A DNA stretch of 64,000 nt from a virus, in IMG/VR virus record IMGVR_UViG_3300034069_000595, positions 27,478 through 91,477 of that record. One strand, 5' to 3'. The notes below the pieces were generated by a model. The model searched no databases and was not told the origin of the DNA. It saw only the letters and a list, made by a program, of their open reading frames with translations. Positions 1 to 8,776 of this stretch are shown here, in pieces. The position numbers and the translations under genes were made by a program. Every line of letters begins with the position of its first letter. The stretch's first letter is position 1.

Positions 1-1
1 C

Positions 2-445
2 TGGCTGTGGAGCAACGACCGAGACGGTGCGATGGGCGATGAGCGAGGCTGGTGGCACGCGAATGCCCCGTTCGGGCTCGGCGCCGATCATTGGTTCTCG
101 CAGCTGGTGTGGCTGGCCTATCGCAACCCAGCGAACAACGCGCGGTTCACCCGCTTCATGGGGTGCCCCGTCACCGAGTGCAGCTACGAGTTCTTGGGTG
201 ATGCGGTGGTGAAGGACAAGCCAGGCCTCGGGGGTGCCCGGTTCCTCGTGGCGACGCACAAGGAAACAGGACGCCGCTATTTTGGCTTCTACGGCGTGAA
301 GACCTGGAGCGACGAGCGTGCTTTGGTAGTTCAGATAGGGTTCAAGGGTGAGCCGTCCGACTGGGCGGAGGACTATACGGGCGACGAGAGCCGCCAGTGG
401 AAAGGTCTGACCTGCGAGATCAACCCCTGGAAGAACATTGCGTAA
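2..445 (+). CDS. Hypothetical protein, 5'-truncated by window edge
   Basis: Frame is open from base 2 to TAA at 445 and is followed by a terminator; Trp/Tyr-rich, no family recognised. Confidence 0.6.
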   Translation, partial: WLWSNDRDGAMGDERGWWHANAPFGLGADHWFSQLVWLAYRNPANNARFTRFMGCPVTECSYEFLGDAVVKDKPGLGGARFLVATHKETGRRYFGFYGVKTWSDERALVVQIGFKGEPSDWAEDYTGDESRQWKGLTCEINPWKNIA

Positions 446-449
446 TGGG

Positions 450-474
450 ACGGGGCTTCGGCCCCGTTTTTATT
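450..474. terminator. Rho-independent terminator between convergent genes
   Basis: acggggc-ttcg-gccccgt followed by ttttattt. Confidence 0.8.
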
Positions 475-865
475 TGATGTCGGACACCATGAATGGGCCC
501 ATGTAGTTGCCCCACTCGGTGAAGCCCGCGAGTTTCTTGAAATTCCCCGCGTCAACCTTGGCGTAGTCGAACTGTCTGGTCTGCTCGTTCAGCGACGAAT
601 ATTCTACGGCGCCGTCCCGGTTCACCACCCAGCACCCAACGCTCGTGCGCTGAGTCGAATTGGGGTCGCCGACACGGGTGACCAGGATTCTGGCGGCGAG
701 CTTGCCGAACTTGCAGGCGGTGTAGGCGTCAGCCTTCTGATCGCTGAGCTGGAGCTTCACTTCGAAGCCGTTCTCGACGGTGGACACCTCGGCAATCGGG
801 CCGGCGGCAAAAGCTGAGCTGATGCCGGTGAGCATGAGTACGGCCAGGATAGCGATGCGCTTCAT
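470..865 (-). CDS. Secreted/periplasmic hypothetical protein (131 aa)
   Basis: GGAGG RBS before ATG 865; signal peptide MKRIAILAVLMLTGISSAFA; two Cys. Confidence 0.75.
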   Translation of the reverse strand: MKRIAILAVLMLTGISSAFAAGPIAEVSTVENGFEVKLQLSDQKADAYTACKFGKLAARILVTRVGDPNSTQRTSVGCWVVNRDGAVEYSSLNEQTRQFDYAKVDAGNFKKLAGFTEWGNYMGPFMVSDIK

Positions 866-942
866 AGAACCTCCAGAGTGGTGGACGTAGCGGGTCAGTG
901 ACCCGCTGTCGATGAGTTTAGCGTCACTTGGGTGTGGGCGGA

Positions 943-2754
943 TCAGGCGGCGACCACCGCCGCCTCCGGCTCGCTCATGTTTGCGCGTACCAGAGCAGCA
1001 GACAGCGGCGGGCAGACGCTGTTCCCGCACATGCGAACCTGCGAAGCCTTGCTGAGCGGCTTACCTGTGGCCGGGTTGGTGAAGTTGTGGATGTAATCTT
1101 TCGGGAAGCCCTGAGCAGCGAACAGCTCGTGAGGCTCAAGCATCCGCATGCCGATATCGACGATCTGCCACGGCTCGCCATGGATCAGCACCAGGCCAAA
1201 CCGCGGCTTGGATGTCACGGTATGCAATGGGTCGCTGAGATCCTGTCCGTCGACCGCGCTGCCGAAATATTTGATCAGGAAGGCGCGGACCTCGGCGAGG
1301 TGGTTACCCTGCGCGCTGATGGTTGCGGCCGGCTCGGTGACTGGCTGCCCGTCACGGCAGGTGCCGCGCAGTTTGACGAGGTTGCTGGAGACCAACGCGG
1401 CCTTGCCGCTACCGCCGGCTGTTATCGAGCCCAAAGGCTCATCAGCGCCATGGCCCACGCTCTTTCCAAAATCGCGCTGGATGTGTGCGGTAACCAGACT
1501 GTGGTGGTCGACGCTGGTCACGGTGCCGATCGGTGACTCCAGCTCGCTGCCGACCACGCCGGTGTAGTGTTTGGCGAGGAAGGCACCAACGAGCGCGGCT
1601 TTCCCCCCACCGGCGACGACTGTTCCCAGCGGCTTGTCGAGGCCTGGGACACGAGGCGCCTGGCCCTCACGCTCGCCGTAGCCGACCTGCACCAGCGTTG
1701 GTGACACCACGGCGAAGTGTCCTCCCTTCGTCTGGGCACAGATGGTCCGCAGCGGGTCGTCGGCGGCCATGTTGCGCTGGCTGCTGCCGTTCGCGTGCTC
1801 GGTGATGAATGGCGCAAGCTTCGGCACGATGACGCCAGTGCCAAGCTTGCTGGTGATGGTCTGCAGCGGCTCGTCGATCGGCTGACCGCGGAACGCATCG
1901 TAGCCGTGGTTCACCTTCACCAGGAATGGCGTCTCGGCATTGACCACGTAACGCATGATGCCAGCCGCGATCCGCCGCATCGTGTTGTCGGCGAGCGGTC
2001 TTTTCCGGTCGAAGATCGAGGGGCACGGCAGGGACCAGTCGATGATATCGGCGGCCGTCTTCCATGGCATCAACAGGCCGTCACGCACCGCCTGGCTGGT
2101 CGGTTTCCCGTGAGTCGGCTTCGGCCAGACAATCGGCAGGCCGTCGCGACGAGCTACCAGAAACAGGCGCTTACGGATGGTAGGCGCACCGTAGTCGCAG
2201 GCACGCAGCTCCTTCCACTCTACGGCGTAGCCATGGCGGCGGAGGGCGTTCACGAAGGAGTTGAAGGTGCGGCCCTTATTCTTCGGGCAAGGCCTGCCGT
2301 CGTCAGCGATCGGGCCCCAAGTGACGAACTCCTCGACGTTCTCCAGCATGATCACCCGCGGCGCCACGGTGGCCGCCCAGCGCAACGTGACCCATGCCAG
2401 GCCACGGATCAGTTTGTTGACCGGCTTGCCGCCCTTGGCCTTGCTGAAGTGCTTGCAGTCGGGGCTGAACCAGGCCAGTCCGACCGGACGCCCGCCAGTG
2501 ACCGCTACAGGGTCAATTTCCCACACGGACTCGCAGAAGTGCTTCGTGTGAGGATGGTTGATCTCGTGCATGCTGATGGCTTCGAGATCGTGGTTGATGG
2601 CGATATCAACGGGGCGGCCAAGGCCTTCCTCGATGCCGGTGCTGGCACCGCCGCCACCAGCGAAATTGTCGATGGCAAGTTCGTGGAAGTTGAAGCCGGC
2701 CTGCGGATGGATCCGGAAGCGGTTGTTGTCGTTCGCGTGAGTACGTGCCTTCAC
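943..2754 (-). CDS. DNA (cytosine-5) methyltransferase, phage Dcm-like
   Basis: Motif I FAGGGG, catalytic SPDC, ENV, RKRLF and C-terminal GNSV. Confidence 0.93.
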   Translation of the reverse strand: MKARTHANDNNRFRIHPQAGFNFHELAIDNFAGGGGASTGIEEGLGRPVDIAINHDLEAISMHEINHPHTKHFCESVWEIDPVAVTGGRPVGLAWFSPDCKHFSKAKGGKPVNKLIRGLAWVTLRWAATVAPRVIMLENVEEFVTWGPIADDGRPCPKNKGRTFNSFVNALRRHGYAVEWKELRACDYGAPTIRKRLFLVARRDGLPIVWPKPTHGKPTSQAVRDGLLMPWKTAADIIDWSLPCPSIFDRKRPLADNTMRRIAAGIMRYVVNAETPFLVKVNHGYDAFRGQPIDEPLQTITSKLGTGVIVPKLAPFITEHANGSSQRNMAADDPLRTICAQTKGGHFAVVSPTLVQVGYGEREGQAPRVPGLDKPLGTVVAGGGKAALVGAFLAKHYTGVVGSELESPIGTVTSVDHHSLVTAHIQRDFGKSVGHGADEPLGSITAGGSGKAALVSSNLVKLRGTCRDGQPVTEPAATISAQGNHLAEVRAFLIKYFGSAVDGQDLSDPLHTVTSKPRFGLVLIHGEPWQIVDIGMRMLEPHELFAAQGFPKDYIHNFTNPATGKPLSKASQVRMCGNSVCPPLSAALVRANMSEPEAAVVAA

Positions 2755-2828
2755 TTTCTTTCCTGAGCAGGGCGACGCCCCGCTGTAACGTGATCGTGGG
2801 ATGCCCGGCCGTGACCGGGCGGAATGGA

Positions 2829-3407
2829 TCAGGCCAGCACGACTTGAGGCTTGTGCTGGCGGGCGTAGTGGCGGATCAGCAGGGCGGTGATCAGGATGCC
2901 GCCGCCGATCGCGATAGCCACGATCAGGATCACTAGGGCGACCTTCTGATCATCCTTGTCGCCGCTGAACATATCGGACACCTTATCGAAGGCGTCAGGC
3001 ACGTCGCTGAAGGCGTTGTACAGGTTCATGCCACTGGCGAACGTGTTCCAGGCAGCAACGCCCATGTTTGCGATGCTGCGCTCACGCCACGCGGTGATGA
3101 GCGAGTGCACGGTGATGATCAGGCCGGTGCCGATCGCGGGGAAGACCACCAGCAGATACCAGAGGCTCGCGGCGCCATCGGCATACTTCACTGGCAGGTA
3201 GCCAGTCGCGTAGGCCGAAAACACCAGCAGCAGCATGATCACCGAGCTGAAGCCTACGGCCGCCTGTATGGCGCCGCACCAGGCAAGCGCTCGCATGAAG
3301 CCGCCCACGAATTTGCTCTCGTGCCAGATCGAGCCAACGACCCGACAGTTCCACCAGCTGATCACCAGGTTCAGCACAAGCAGGCCGAAGATAAGTATTG
3401 AGGTCAT
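2829..3407 (-). CDS. Multi-pass membrane protein
   Basis: About five hydrophobic segments; start placed at MTSIL, downstream of the AT-rich promoter region. Confidence 0.7.
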   Translation of the reverse strand: MTSILIFGLLVLNLVISWWNCRVVGSIWHESKFVGGFMRALAWCGAIQAAVGFSSVIMLLLVFSAYATGYLPVKYADGAASLWYLLVVFPAIGTGLIITVHSLITAWRERSIANMGVAAWNTFASGMNLYNAFSDVPDAFDKVSDMFSGDKDDQKVALVILIVAIAIGGGILITALLIRHYARQHKPQVVLA

Positions 3408-3464
3408 GGTTGAATCCACGTTATTGGCCGCGCTTCGGGGCGACTGTCCGTGGAGCAATAGTAA

Positions 3465-3504
3465 TTGATCATATTTGATTATTGCAACAGCAATATAAGA
3501 TCAA
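3465..3504. promoter_or_regulatory. Operator copy (TTGATC-N6-GATCAA family) plus half site in the early leftward promoter
   Basis: TTGATCATATTTGATTAT at 3465-3482 and GATCAA half site at 3499-3504. Confidence 0.6.
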
Positions 3505-3531
3505 TAAACGTGCCAGCATTTATCGTGCCAA

Positions 3532-3547
3532 GTCGTGATGAAAGGAT
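3532..3547 (+). promoter_or_regulatory. Late promoter motif variant
   Basis: GTCGTGAT-GAA-A-GGA-T upstream of the 3576 operon. Confidence 0.5.
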
Positions 3548-3575
3548 TATTTTACGAACCTTAGCAGCGTGCATC

Positions 3576-3848
3576 ATGAACTTCGGAAGCAAAACCATCC
3601 CTGCGGGACAGACCTTGACCATATCTGACGTCCCGGCCGGTACAGCGCTGGGCGTGAACCCGGGTCCAGGCGGGACAATGCGGGTGCAATATCGGATCAG
3701 CTCGAACGGGCAATTGTTCGACTGGCCATCGGGCCCGGTGACCGCGCAGATGTCTGACGTAACTGGATCGCCCTCATTCCAAGTCGTGTTCTCGGCGCTC
3801 GATGCGGACGGCTTCGCGGAATGGAACTCGCCGAAGCGGCGACCATAG
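3576..3848 (+). CDS. Small beta-rich virion accessory/adaptor protein
   Basis: ORF just downstream of the late motif; resembles small phage adaptor proteins (VNPGPGGTMRVQY..WPSG). Confidence 0.5.
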   Translation: MNFGSKTIPAGQTLTISDVPAGTALGVNPGPGGTMRVQYRISSNGQLFDWPSGPVTAQMSDVTGSPSFQVVFSALDADGFAEWNSPKRRP

Positions 3849-4087
3849 GAGGCAGACCCATACCAACAATATTTCAGCGCGGATCTGCCTCCCTCATGGG
3901 CGGCGCCTCCGCGAGCAAGCGCGGCATGTCAGGCGGCGTTCCGGCCCCGAGTGTCGGCGATCAAAACATGTTCCTCCGTGGCGATGGCACTTGGTCGCCA
4001 CCGCCAGCAGCTGATGCCGCCCTGAGTGTCGATGACCTATCCCTTCCCTTTGACCCCGTTGCAGCGTTCGAGAACGCCATAGGCTGA
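3821..4087 (+). CDS. Small fibre-like protein
   Basis: GGVPAPSVGDQNMFLRGDGTW is a motif typical of phage fibre proteins. Confidence 0.55.
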   Translation: MELAEAATIGGRPIPTIFQRGSASLMGGASASKRGMSGGVPAPSVGDQNMFLRGDGTWSPPPAADAALSVDDLSLPFDPVAAFENAIG

Positions 4088-4090
4088 CCC

Positions 4091-4585
4091 ATGTCTCTCG
4101 TTACCCAAGTCCAAAACCTGATCACCCGCACCGGCACCGAATTCAAGTCGGTGCGGGCGGCGATCGGCAATCTCGCCAATCTGACCACTTCGGCAAAAGG
4201 AGATGTGGTTACGGCAGTGAATGAGGTCCGCGCGCTGGCGAACAGTGCCGCTGGCATGATCAACGACTCGGCAGCCTCGACCGGGACAACGTACTCAAGC
4301 AGCAAGACCGACGCCCAGATCGCAGCAGCGCTCGCCGCCTTCACATCGGGAGCGCCGGCCGCGTTGGACACCTGGAACGAGTTGGTAGCCGAGCTGCAGA
4401 AAGATGCGACGGGCATCGCCGCGCTCACGGCAGCGCTGGGCAACCGTCTGGCGACAGATGCTGTGCAGACCCTCACGCCGCAACAGAAGGCTCAAGCCAT
4501 CGCGAACCTTGGCTCGATCGCAGCTGCTGATGTCGGCGACGTGACCACGGACTTTGTGGCTGCCTTCAATCAGGCCCTCCTGTGA
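4091..4585 (+). CDS. Head-fibre/collar-like coiled-coil protein
   Basis: MSL..R..TEFKSVR..IGNLANLTT.AK..VV.AVNE and APAALDTW.EL motifs of phage fibre/decoration proteins. Confidence 0.6.
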   Translation: MSLVTQVQNLITRTGTEFKSVRAAIGNLANLTTSAKGDVVTAVNEVRALANSAAGMINDSAASTGTTYSSSKTDAQIAAALAAFTSGAPAALDTWNELVAELQKDATGIAALTAALGNRLATDAVQTLTPQQKAQAIANLGSIAAADVGDVTTDFVAAFNQALL

Positions 4586-4995
4586 GCCTGGCCGGCGAGG
4601 TCGTTAAGGGTGTCCTGAGGATCGCAGCGGAGTTCAAATCAGTCAGGACCGCCCTGGCGAGCCGCGTGGCATGCTGGGACGCGCTCGGCCTTATGCCTGC
4701 TCCGGTGGAGTGGCAGGGGACGGCAACCTCTCTGTCGGATGGCACCTGGTCGGTGAGCTTTCCCGCGGGCCTGTTCACCAAGGCTCCGCTCGTGTTCACG
4801 CAGGCAATATCCCCCGATAAGACGGCAGCTGCCACCTATGTCGCTGCGCCATGGCCGTCCACAATCTCTGGCTGTAGCGGCCACGTAGTCACTGGCAACA
4901 TCGTCACCACGCTGCTGATCAACGCCGGCGCCAACGGCCTCAAACTGTCCGGCGCGGGGATCACGGTGAACGTCCTGGCGAAATCTGTGCGCTAG
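4582..4995 (+). CDS. Fibre-tip-like protein paralogous at its N-terminus to the 4091 gene
   Basis: GTGA overlap with the previous gene; MSLAGEV..RIAAEFKSVRTAL; C-terminal lectin/gp53-like beta domain (WSVSFPAGLFTKAPLVF). Confidence 0.55.
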   Translation: MSLAGEVVKGVLRIAAEFKSVRTALASRVACWDALGLMPAPVEWQGTATSLSDGTWSVSFPAGLFTKAPLVFTQAISPDKTAAATYVAAPWPSTISGCSGHVVTGNIVTTLLINAGANGLKLSGAGITVNVLAKSVR

Positions 4996-5086
4996 TCCTG
5001 CGACGCTTCGACTCCCGTGCAAAATGGCTATTCCCCAAAGTCGCTCATCGCAATAGGACGACACCGCTCTCACAAAGGAGTTGTGT

Positions 5087-5368
5087 ATGGGTATAGGTAA
5101 GCGACCGGGATGGACAGCCGCTGAGCTTGAGTTGCTTGGCGGGTTAGCCGCCCACTTTCCACCAGACACCTTGGGCGAGCAGGGCTGTACAGAGGAGGGA
5201 GATCCTTGGTTTGTCTTGGAGCGGCCTGACGGATCAGCTCTCGTGCACTTTGCTAAAATTGAAAAACGCTACGTCAGCGCGACATCGCAGGCCGGTGAGT
5301 TTGATGCTCACGATCAAATAGTGCCGCTGGTGCTGAGATTTCTCCGGCGCAACAACAAGACTGACTGA
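5087..5368 (+). CDS. Hypothetical protein with a TEEGDPWFV...VHFAKI motif
   Basis: AAGGAG RBS; visibly more A/T-ending codons than the structural genes. Confidence 0.6.
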   Translation: MGIGKRPGWTAAELELLGGLAAHFPPDTLGEQGCTEEGDPWFVLERPDGSALVHFAKIEKRYVSATSQAGEFDAHDQIVPLVLRFLRRNNKTD

Positions 5369-5394
5369 CTAGAAATGTAGACTTTCGAATATGG

Positions 5395-5420
5395 AAAACC
5401 CCGCCGGAGCGGGGTTTTTT
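5395..5420. terminator. Bidirectional terminator
   Basis: aaaaccccgc-cgga-gcggggtttttt between convergent genes. Confidence 0.85.
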
Positions 5421-5425
5421 GTGCC

Positions 5426-6016
5426 TTACAGAAGATTTCCGACGTAGGCGTTTGGGTCATCCAGAGCGGCTGCGCGCAGCATCGAGTTGATGTTGGCGTA
5501 GGTGCGGTTGATGAACTCCTGGCCCTCGCTGAAGGCGACGATGCAATTGGAGCGGGTCAGGGAGCCGCTGTCCAGCGCGGCGGTATAAGCTGCCAAGCCA
5601 CCAGCGTCTGGCGAGCGGCCGAGGACAACCTCGTACAGGATGGTGACGAAGGTGCTGTTCGACGAGCTGGGCGAGTAGACGGCCTGGAATTCGGCCGAGG
5701 TTGCCAGGGCGGCGGCAACAGCCTGCACCGCTGCGGTCTGATTTCCGAGGGCATTGCGGTTGGCGACCAGGCTCGCAGCCCAGCTGTCCAAGCCTGCGGT
5801 GTCTGGCTTGCGTCGGAACATTGCCTGGTAGAGGCGGCAGATCGGGCGGACGTTGGAATCCACTTCGCCCTGGCCGATCAACTCTTCCACCATAGTGGCA
5901 TAGGTCGTACCGCTGCCAAGCCGGACGTTGTAGGCCTCAAGGTAACCAGATGGAGCAGAGGGGGTGCGAACAGTCGCGTGCCAGGCTTTGTTAATTTGCG
6001 CGTCATAAACGCCCAT
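5426..6016 (-). CDS. Stand-alone DUF4214 / S-layer-anchor-like protein 1
   Basis: RLYQAMFRRKPDTAGLDSW and FVTILYEVVLGRSPDAGGL motifs; GAGGT RBS before ATG 6016. Confidence 0.75.
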   Translation of the reverse strand: MGVYDAQINKAWHATVRTPSAPSGYLEAYNVRLGSGTTYATMVEELIGQGEVDSNVRPICRLYQAMFRRKPDTAGLDSWAASLVANRNALGNQTAAVQAVAAALATSAEFQAVYSPSSSNSTFVTILYEVVLGRSPDAGGLAAYTAALDSGSLTRSNCIVAFSEGQEFINRTYANINSMLRAAALDDPNAYVGNLL

Positions 6017-6046
6017 GAAGCACCTCAGTACAATGGATGAGGGCAC

Positions 6047-6062
6047 ATGGTCAGGTCACGAC
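6047..6062 (-). promoter_or_regulatory. Late promoter motif
   Basis: GTCGTGAC-CTG-A-CCA-T on the minus strand. Confidence 0.7.
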
Positions 6063-6073
6063 AAATACGGCGC

Positions 6074-6103
6074 AAAAAAAGGCCCACCGAAGTGGGCCCT
6101 TTT
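6074..6103. terminator. Terminator
   Basis: aaaaaaa-ggcccac-cgaa-gtgggcc-ctttt. Confidence 0.8.
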
Positions 6104-6115
6104 ACTGGGTGCTGA

Positions 6116-6715
6116 TCAGGCGGCGACGTCGTGGTCCGTCACCTGGCGGGCATAGGCGTTCGGCACGTCGAAGAAAGCTTCCTTCAAGGTGCGCTCAAAC
6201 GAGGCGTCGAAGCGCCCGATGAACTCTGGCGAGCCGGCAAAGCGAGCCACGGTGCCCGGGCGGGTCCACTGACCGCTGTCAATCAGGTTGACGACATTGG
6301 TGATCTCGCTCGCCTCGCCAGGTCGACCAAGAAGGTCGGTGTACAGCTTCTGGACGAAAAAGATGGTGGTCATGGTCTGCGGAAAGCGAGCCAGGTACTC
6401 AGCCGTGTTCGCCCAGTACGTTTCCATGAAGTAAATGGTGTTCTGGTTCTGGATGCCCCGCAGGATCCCTGCCCACAAATCCAGCCCGGCAGAGTCGGCC
6501 GATCGACCGAATGCAGCTCGATAGAGACGCATCATTTGCAGCGTCTCCAGTTGCACGGTTGTTGCGCGGAACACGTTGCTGAGCACCTGGTCAAGCGGTG
6601 TTCCGGCGTTGAGCATATTGGTCAAGTAAGTTCGAAAATCGGCGGGAACCGTAGTCGAAGTCAGTCGGAAGTACACGGCGTAGATTTTGTTGATTGCAGC
6701 GTCGAATGAGACCAT
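6116..6715 (-). CDS. Stand-alone DUF4214 / S-layer-anchor-like protein 2
   Basis: RLYRAAFGRSADSAGLDLW and FVQKLYTDLLGRPG motifs; GAGGT RBS. Confidence 0.75.
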   Translation of the reverse strand: MVSFDAAINKIYAVYFRLTSTTVPADFRTYLTNMLNAGTPLDQVLSNVFRATTVQLETLQMMRLYRAAFGRSADSAGLDLWAGILRGIQNQNTIYFMETYWANTAEYLARFPQTMTTIFFVQKLYTDLLGRPGEASEITNVVNLIDSGQWTRPGTVARFAGSPEFIGRFDASFERTLKEAFFDVPNAYARQVTDHDVAA

Positions 6716-6741
6716 AGGCACCTCAATTGGGTTGAGGCTTT

Positions 6742-6757
6742 AGTCTGCTGTCACGCC
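6742..6757 (-). promoter_or_regulatory. Late promoter motif variant
   Basis: GGCGTGAC-AGC-A-GAC-T on the minus strand. Confidence 0.55.
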
Positions 6758-7005
6758 ACACATTGAGCCTCAACCTTTTGCGTTCGCGCGCGGTACTGAC
6801 GGGTCCGTTCAGCTTCACACGCACGGCACCAGCTTCGATAGTGACCGACTGACGGAATCCAGCCGAAGCAGGTCTCATCGTGCGGCCACCACTCACCGCA
6901 GCAAGGGCAGAGTTTTTCCCGCCCGTCTTCCCCTTGCCTTGTTGAAAGTTCTATCCAGTGTTGTTCCAGCTGGTTCCTATTTCTTTGCTTCAGTGCGAAT
7001 CTCAT
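6751..7005 (-). CDS. Small C4 zinc-finger protein
   Basis: CPCC..WWP and WCRACE cysteine pairs; basic C-terminal helix. Confidence 0.6.
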   Translation of the reverse strand: MRFALKQRNRNQLEQHWIELSTRQGEDGREKLCPCCGEWWPHDETCFGWIPSVGHYRSWCRACEAERTRQYRARTQKVEAQCVA

Positions 7006-7080
7006 TTTTCTGCATATTCTCCAATGATTGCTGGAGCATACATCAAATATGATCATAGCCTCAAGCGAGCCGCTGAAAAC

Positions 7081-7096
7081 GTCGTGACGGCACTAT
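7081..7096 (+). promoter_or_regulatory. Late promoter motif; predicted leaderless portal mRNA
   Basis: GTCGTGAC-GGC-A-CTA-T, 7 nt before ATG 7104; no SD. Confidence 0.75.
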
Positions 7097-7103
7097 CGCG
7101 GCT

Positions 7104-8744
7104 ATGACTGATATCGCCCTCGAAGTTGCGCACAACCCGAATGCTCCGAAAGATGAGCAGCAGGACGCTATGCGTATCGCGCAGAAAGCCGCGATGCCCT
7201 CGTCCGTCCCGGATATGCTCCCCCTTGTCCAGTACGTGGCCGAGCAGTACCGCGAGCAGGAGTTCGCCAAGTCGCTGTCGAAGCAGAACGTCATCCCCTT
7301 CCCGAGCCGCAGTGCCGAGATGGGCCAGATCGGTATGCAGTCGGTCTGGCTGGACGATCAGCGCACGAACATCCAGGGCGAATGGTACGAGCGGCCGACC
7401 GCATTCAGCTTCGACACCATGCGCACTATGGCGGATAACACCCCGATCCTGGCTTCGGTGATCATGACCCGGCAGCGCCAGATCAAGCGCTTCTGCCGCG
7501 CCAGCGCGGACGGCAAGGGGCCAGGTTTCCAGATCAAGCTGAAGGACGGCGGCGCCAAGGTTGGGGCCGAGGAGCAGAAGAACATTCAGCTCCTGCAGGG
7601 CTTCTTCACCAACTGCGGCTGGGAGAGCAAGCCACGCATCCGCCAACGCCTGCGCCGGGACAACTTCTCCGGCTTTATGGCGAAGCAGATCCGCGACAGC
7701 CTGATCATGGACAGCGCGCCGATCGAGATCGAGTGGAAGCGCGACAAGAGCAAGGGCATCGACGGCTTCTATGCCGTTGACGGCTCGACCATCAGGCTTT
7801 GCAACGAGGTTGGCTACCAGGGCGACGATGAGATCTACGCGCTCCAGGTGCTCGAAGGCCGCATTCGTGCCGCCTACACCTATGACGACCTGATCTACGT
7901 GCCTCGCAACCCGCGCTCCGATGTCCTGGCCGGCGGCTACGGCATGTCCGAGACCGAGCTGCTGATCAAGGTGGTGACGGGCTTCCTGAACGCTTTCACG
8001 TACAACACCAAATACTTCGACTCGAACGCCATCCCGAAGGGACTGTTGCACCTCACAGGCGACTACAGCCAGGAAGATCTGGCCGCGTTCAAGCGGCAGT
8101 GGAATGGGATGGTCAAAGGCATTAACAACGCCTGGACGATGCCGGTGATGGTCTCGAAGAACTCGGAGTCGAAAGTAGGTTTCGAAAACTTCAATGCCGA
8201 CGTGAACGAGATTATGTTCGGCAAGTGGATGACCTTCCTGACGTCAATCATCTGCGCCATTTACGGCATGGCGCCAGACGAAATCAACTTCGAAAGCTTC
8301 ACCACGGGTGCCAGTTCGCTCTCCGGAAGCGACACCGAGGAAAAGCTGATCAACTCGAAGGATAAGGGTCTACGCCCTCTCCTGTCCCACTACGAGGATC
8401 TGCTGAGCGACTACATCGTCGGGGAGTTTGGCGACAAGTACGTGTTCCGCTGGACCGGCCTCGACGAGAAGGATCCGAGTCAGCTCTGGGCTGAGGAAGT
8501 CGCCCTAAGCACCTGGAACGAAGGCCGAAAGGCGCGTGGCTGGGATGAGATCAAGGATGAGATCCTTGGCAATGCTCCGCTGAACCCGAACCTAATGGGC
8601 GTCTACATGCAGGCCAACATGCCTGATGCGGCGCCAGGTGACGATCAGGGTGACGGCGACGACAAGCCGCCGAAGCCGAAAAAGCCCGGCGATGACATGG
8701 CGAAGGCTTTCGGGCTGCCTCCCATCTACAAAGTCCAGCCGTAG
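7104..8744 (+). CDS. Phage portal protein
   Basis: HK97/Herelle-type portal features (VDGSTIR, RNPRSD..GYGMSETELL, F.SNAIPKGLL); first gene of the head module. Confidence 0.9.
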   Translation: MTDIALEVAHNPNAPKDEQQDAMRIAQKAAMPSSVPDMLPLVQYVAEQYREQEFAKSLSKQNVIPFPSRSAEMGQIGMQSVWLDDQRTNIQGEWYERPTAFSFDTMRTMADNTPILASVIMTRQRQIKRFCRASADGKGPGFQIKLKDGGAKVGAEEQKNIQLLQGFFTNCGWESKPRIRQRLRRDNFSGFMAKQIRDSLIMDSAPIEIEWKRDKSKGIDGFYAVDGSTIRLCNEVGYQGDDEIYALQVLEGRIRAAYTYDDLIYVPRNPRSDVLAGGYGMSETELLIKVVTGFLNAFTYNTKYFDSNAIPKGLLHLTGDYSQEDLAAFKRQWNGMVKGINNAWTMPVMVSKNSESKVGFENFNADVNEIMFGKWMTFLTSIICAIYGMAPDEINFESFTTGASSLSGSDTEEKLINSKDKGLRPLLSHYEDLLSDYIVGEFGDKYVFRWTGLDEKDPSQLWAEEVALSTWNEGRKARGWDEIKDEILGNAPLNPNLMGVYMQANMPDAAPGDDQGDGDDKPPKPKKPGDDMAKAFGLPPIYKVQP

Positions 8745-8776
8745 TCATCCGAACGTAAATTTCCAGCGAGGCAGAC

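Noticed and set aside
915-930. Late motif upstream of the 470-865 gene (AAGTGAC-GCT-A-AAC-T, minus strand)
   Set aside because: The box matches only 5/7; the TAAACT could be an ordinary -10. Not counted among the 15 copies.
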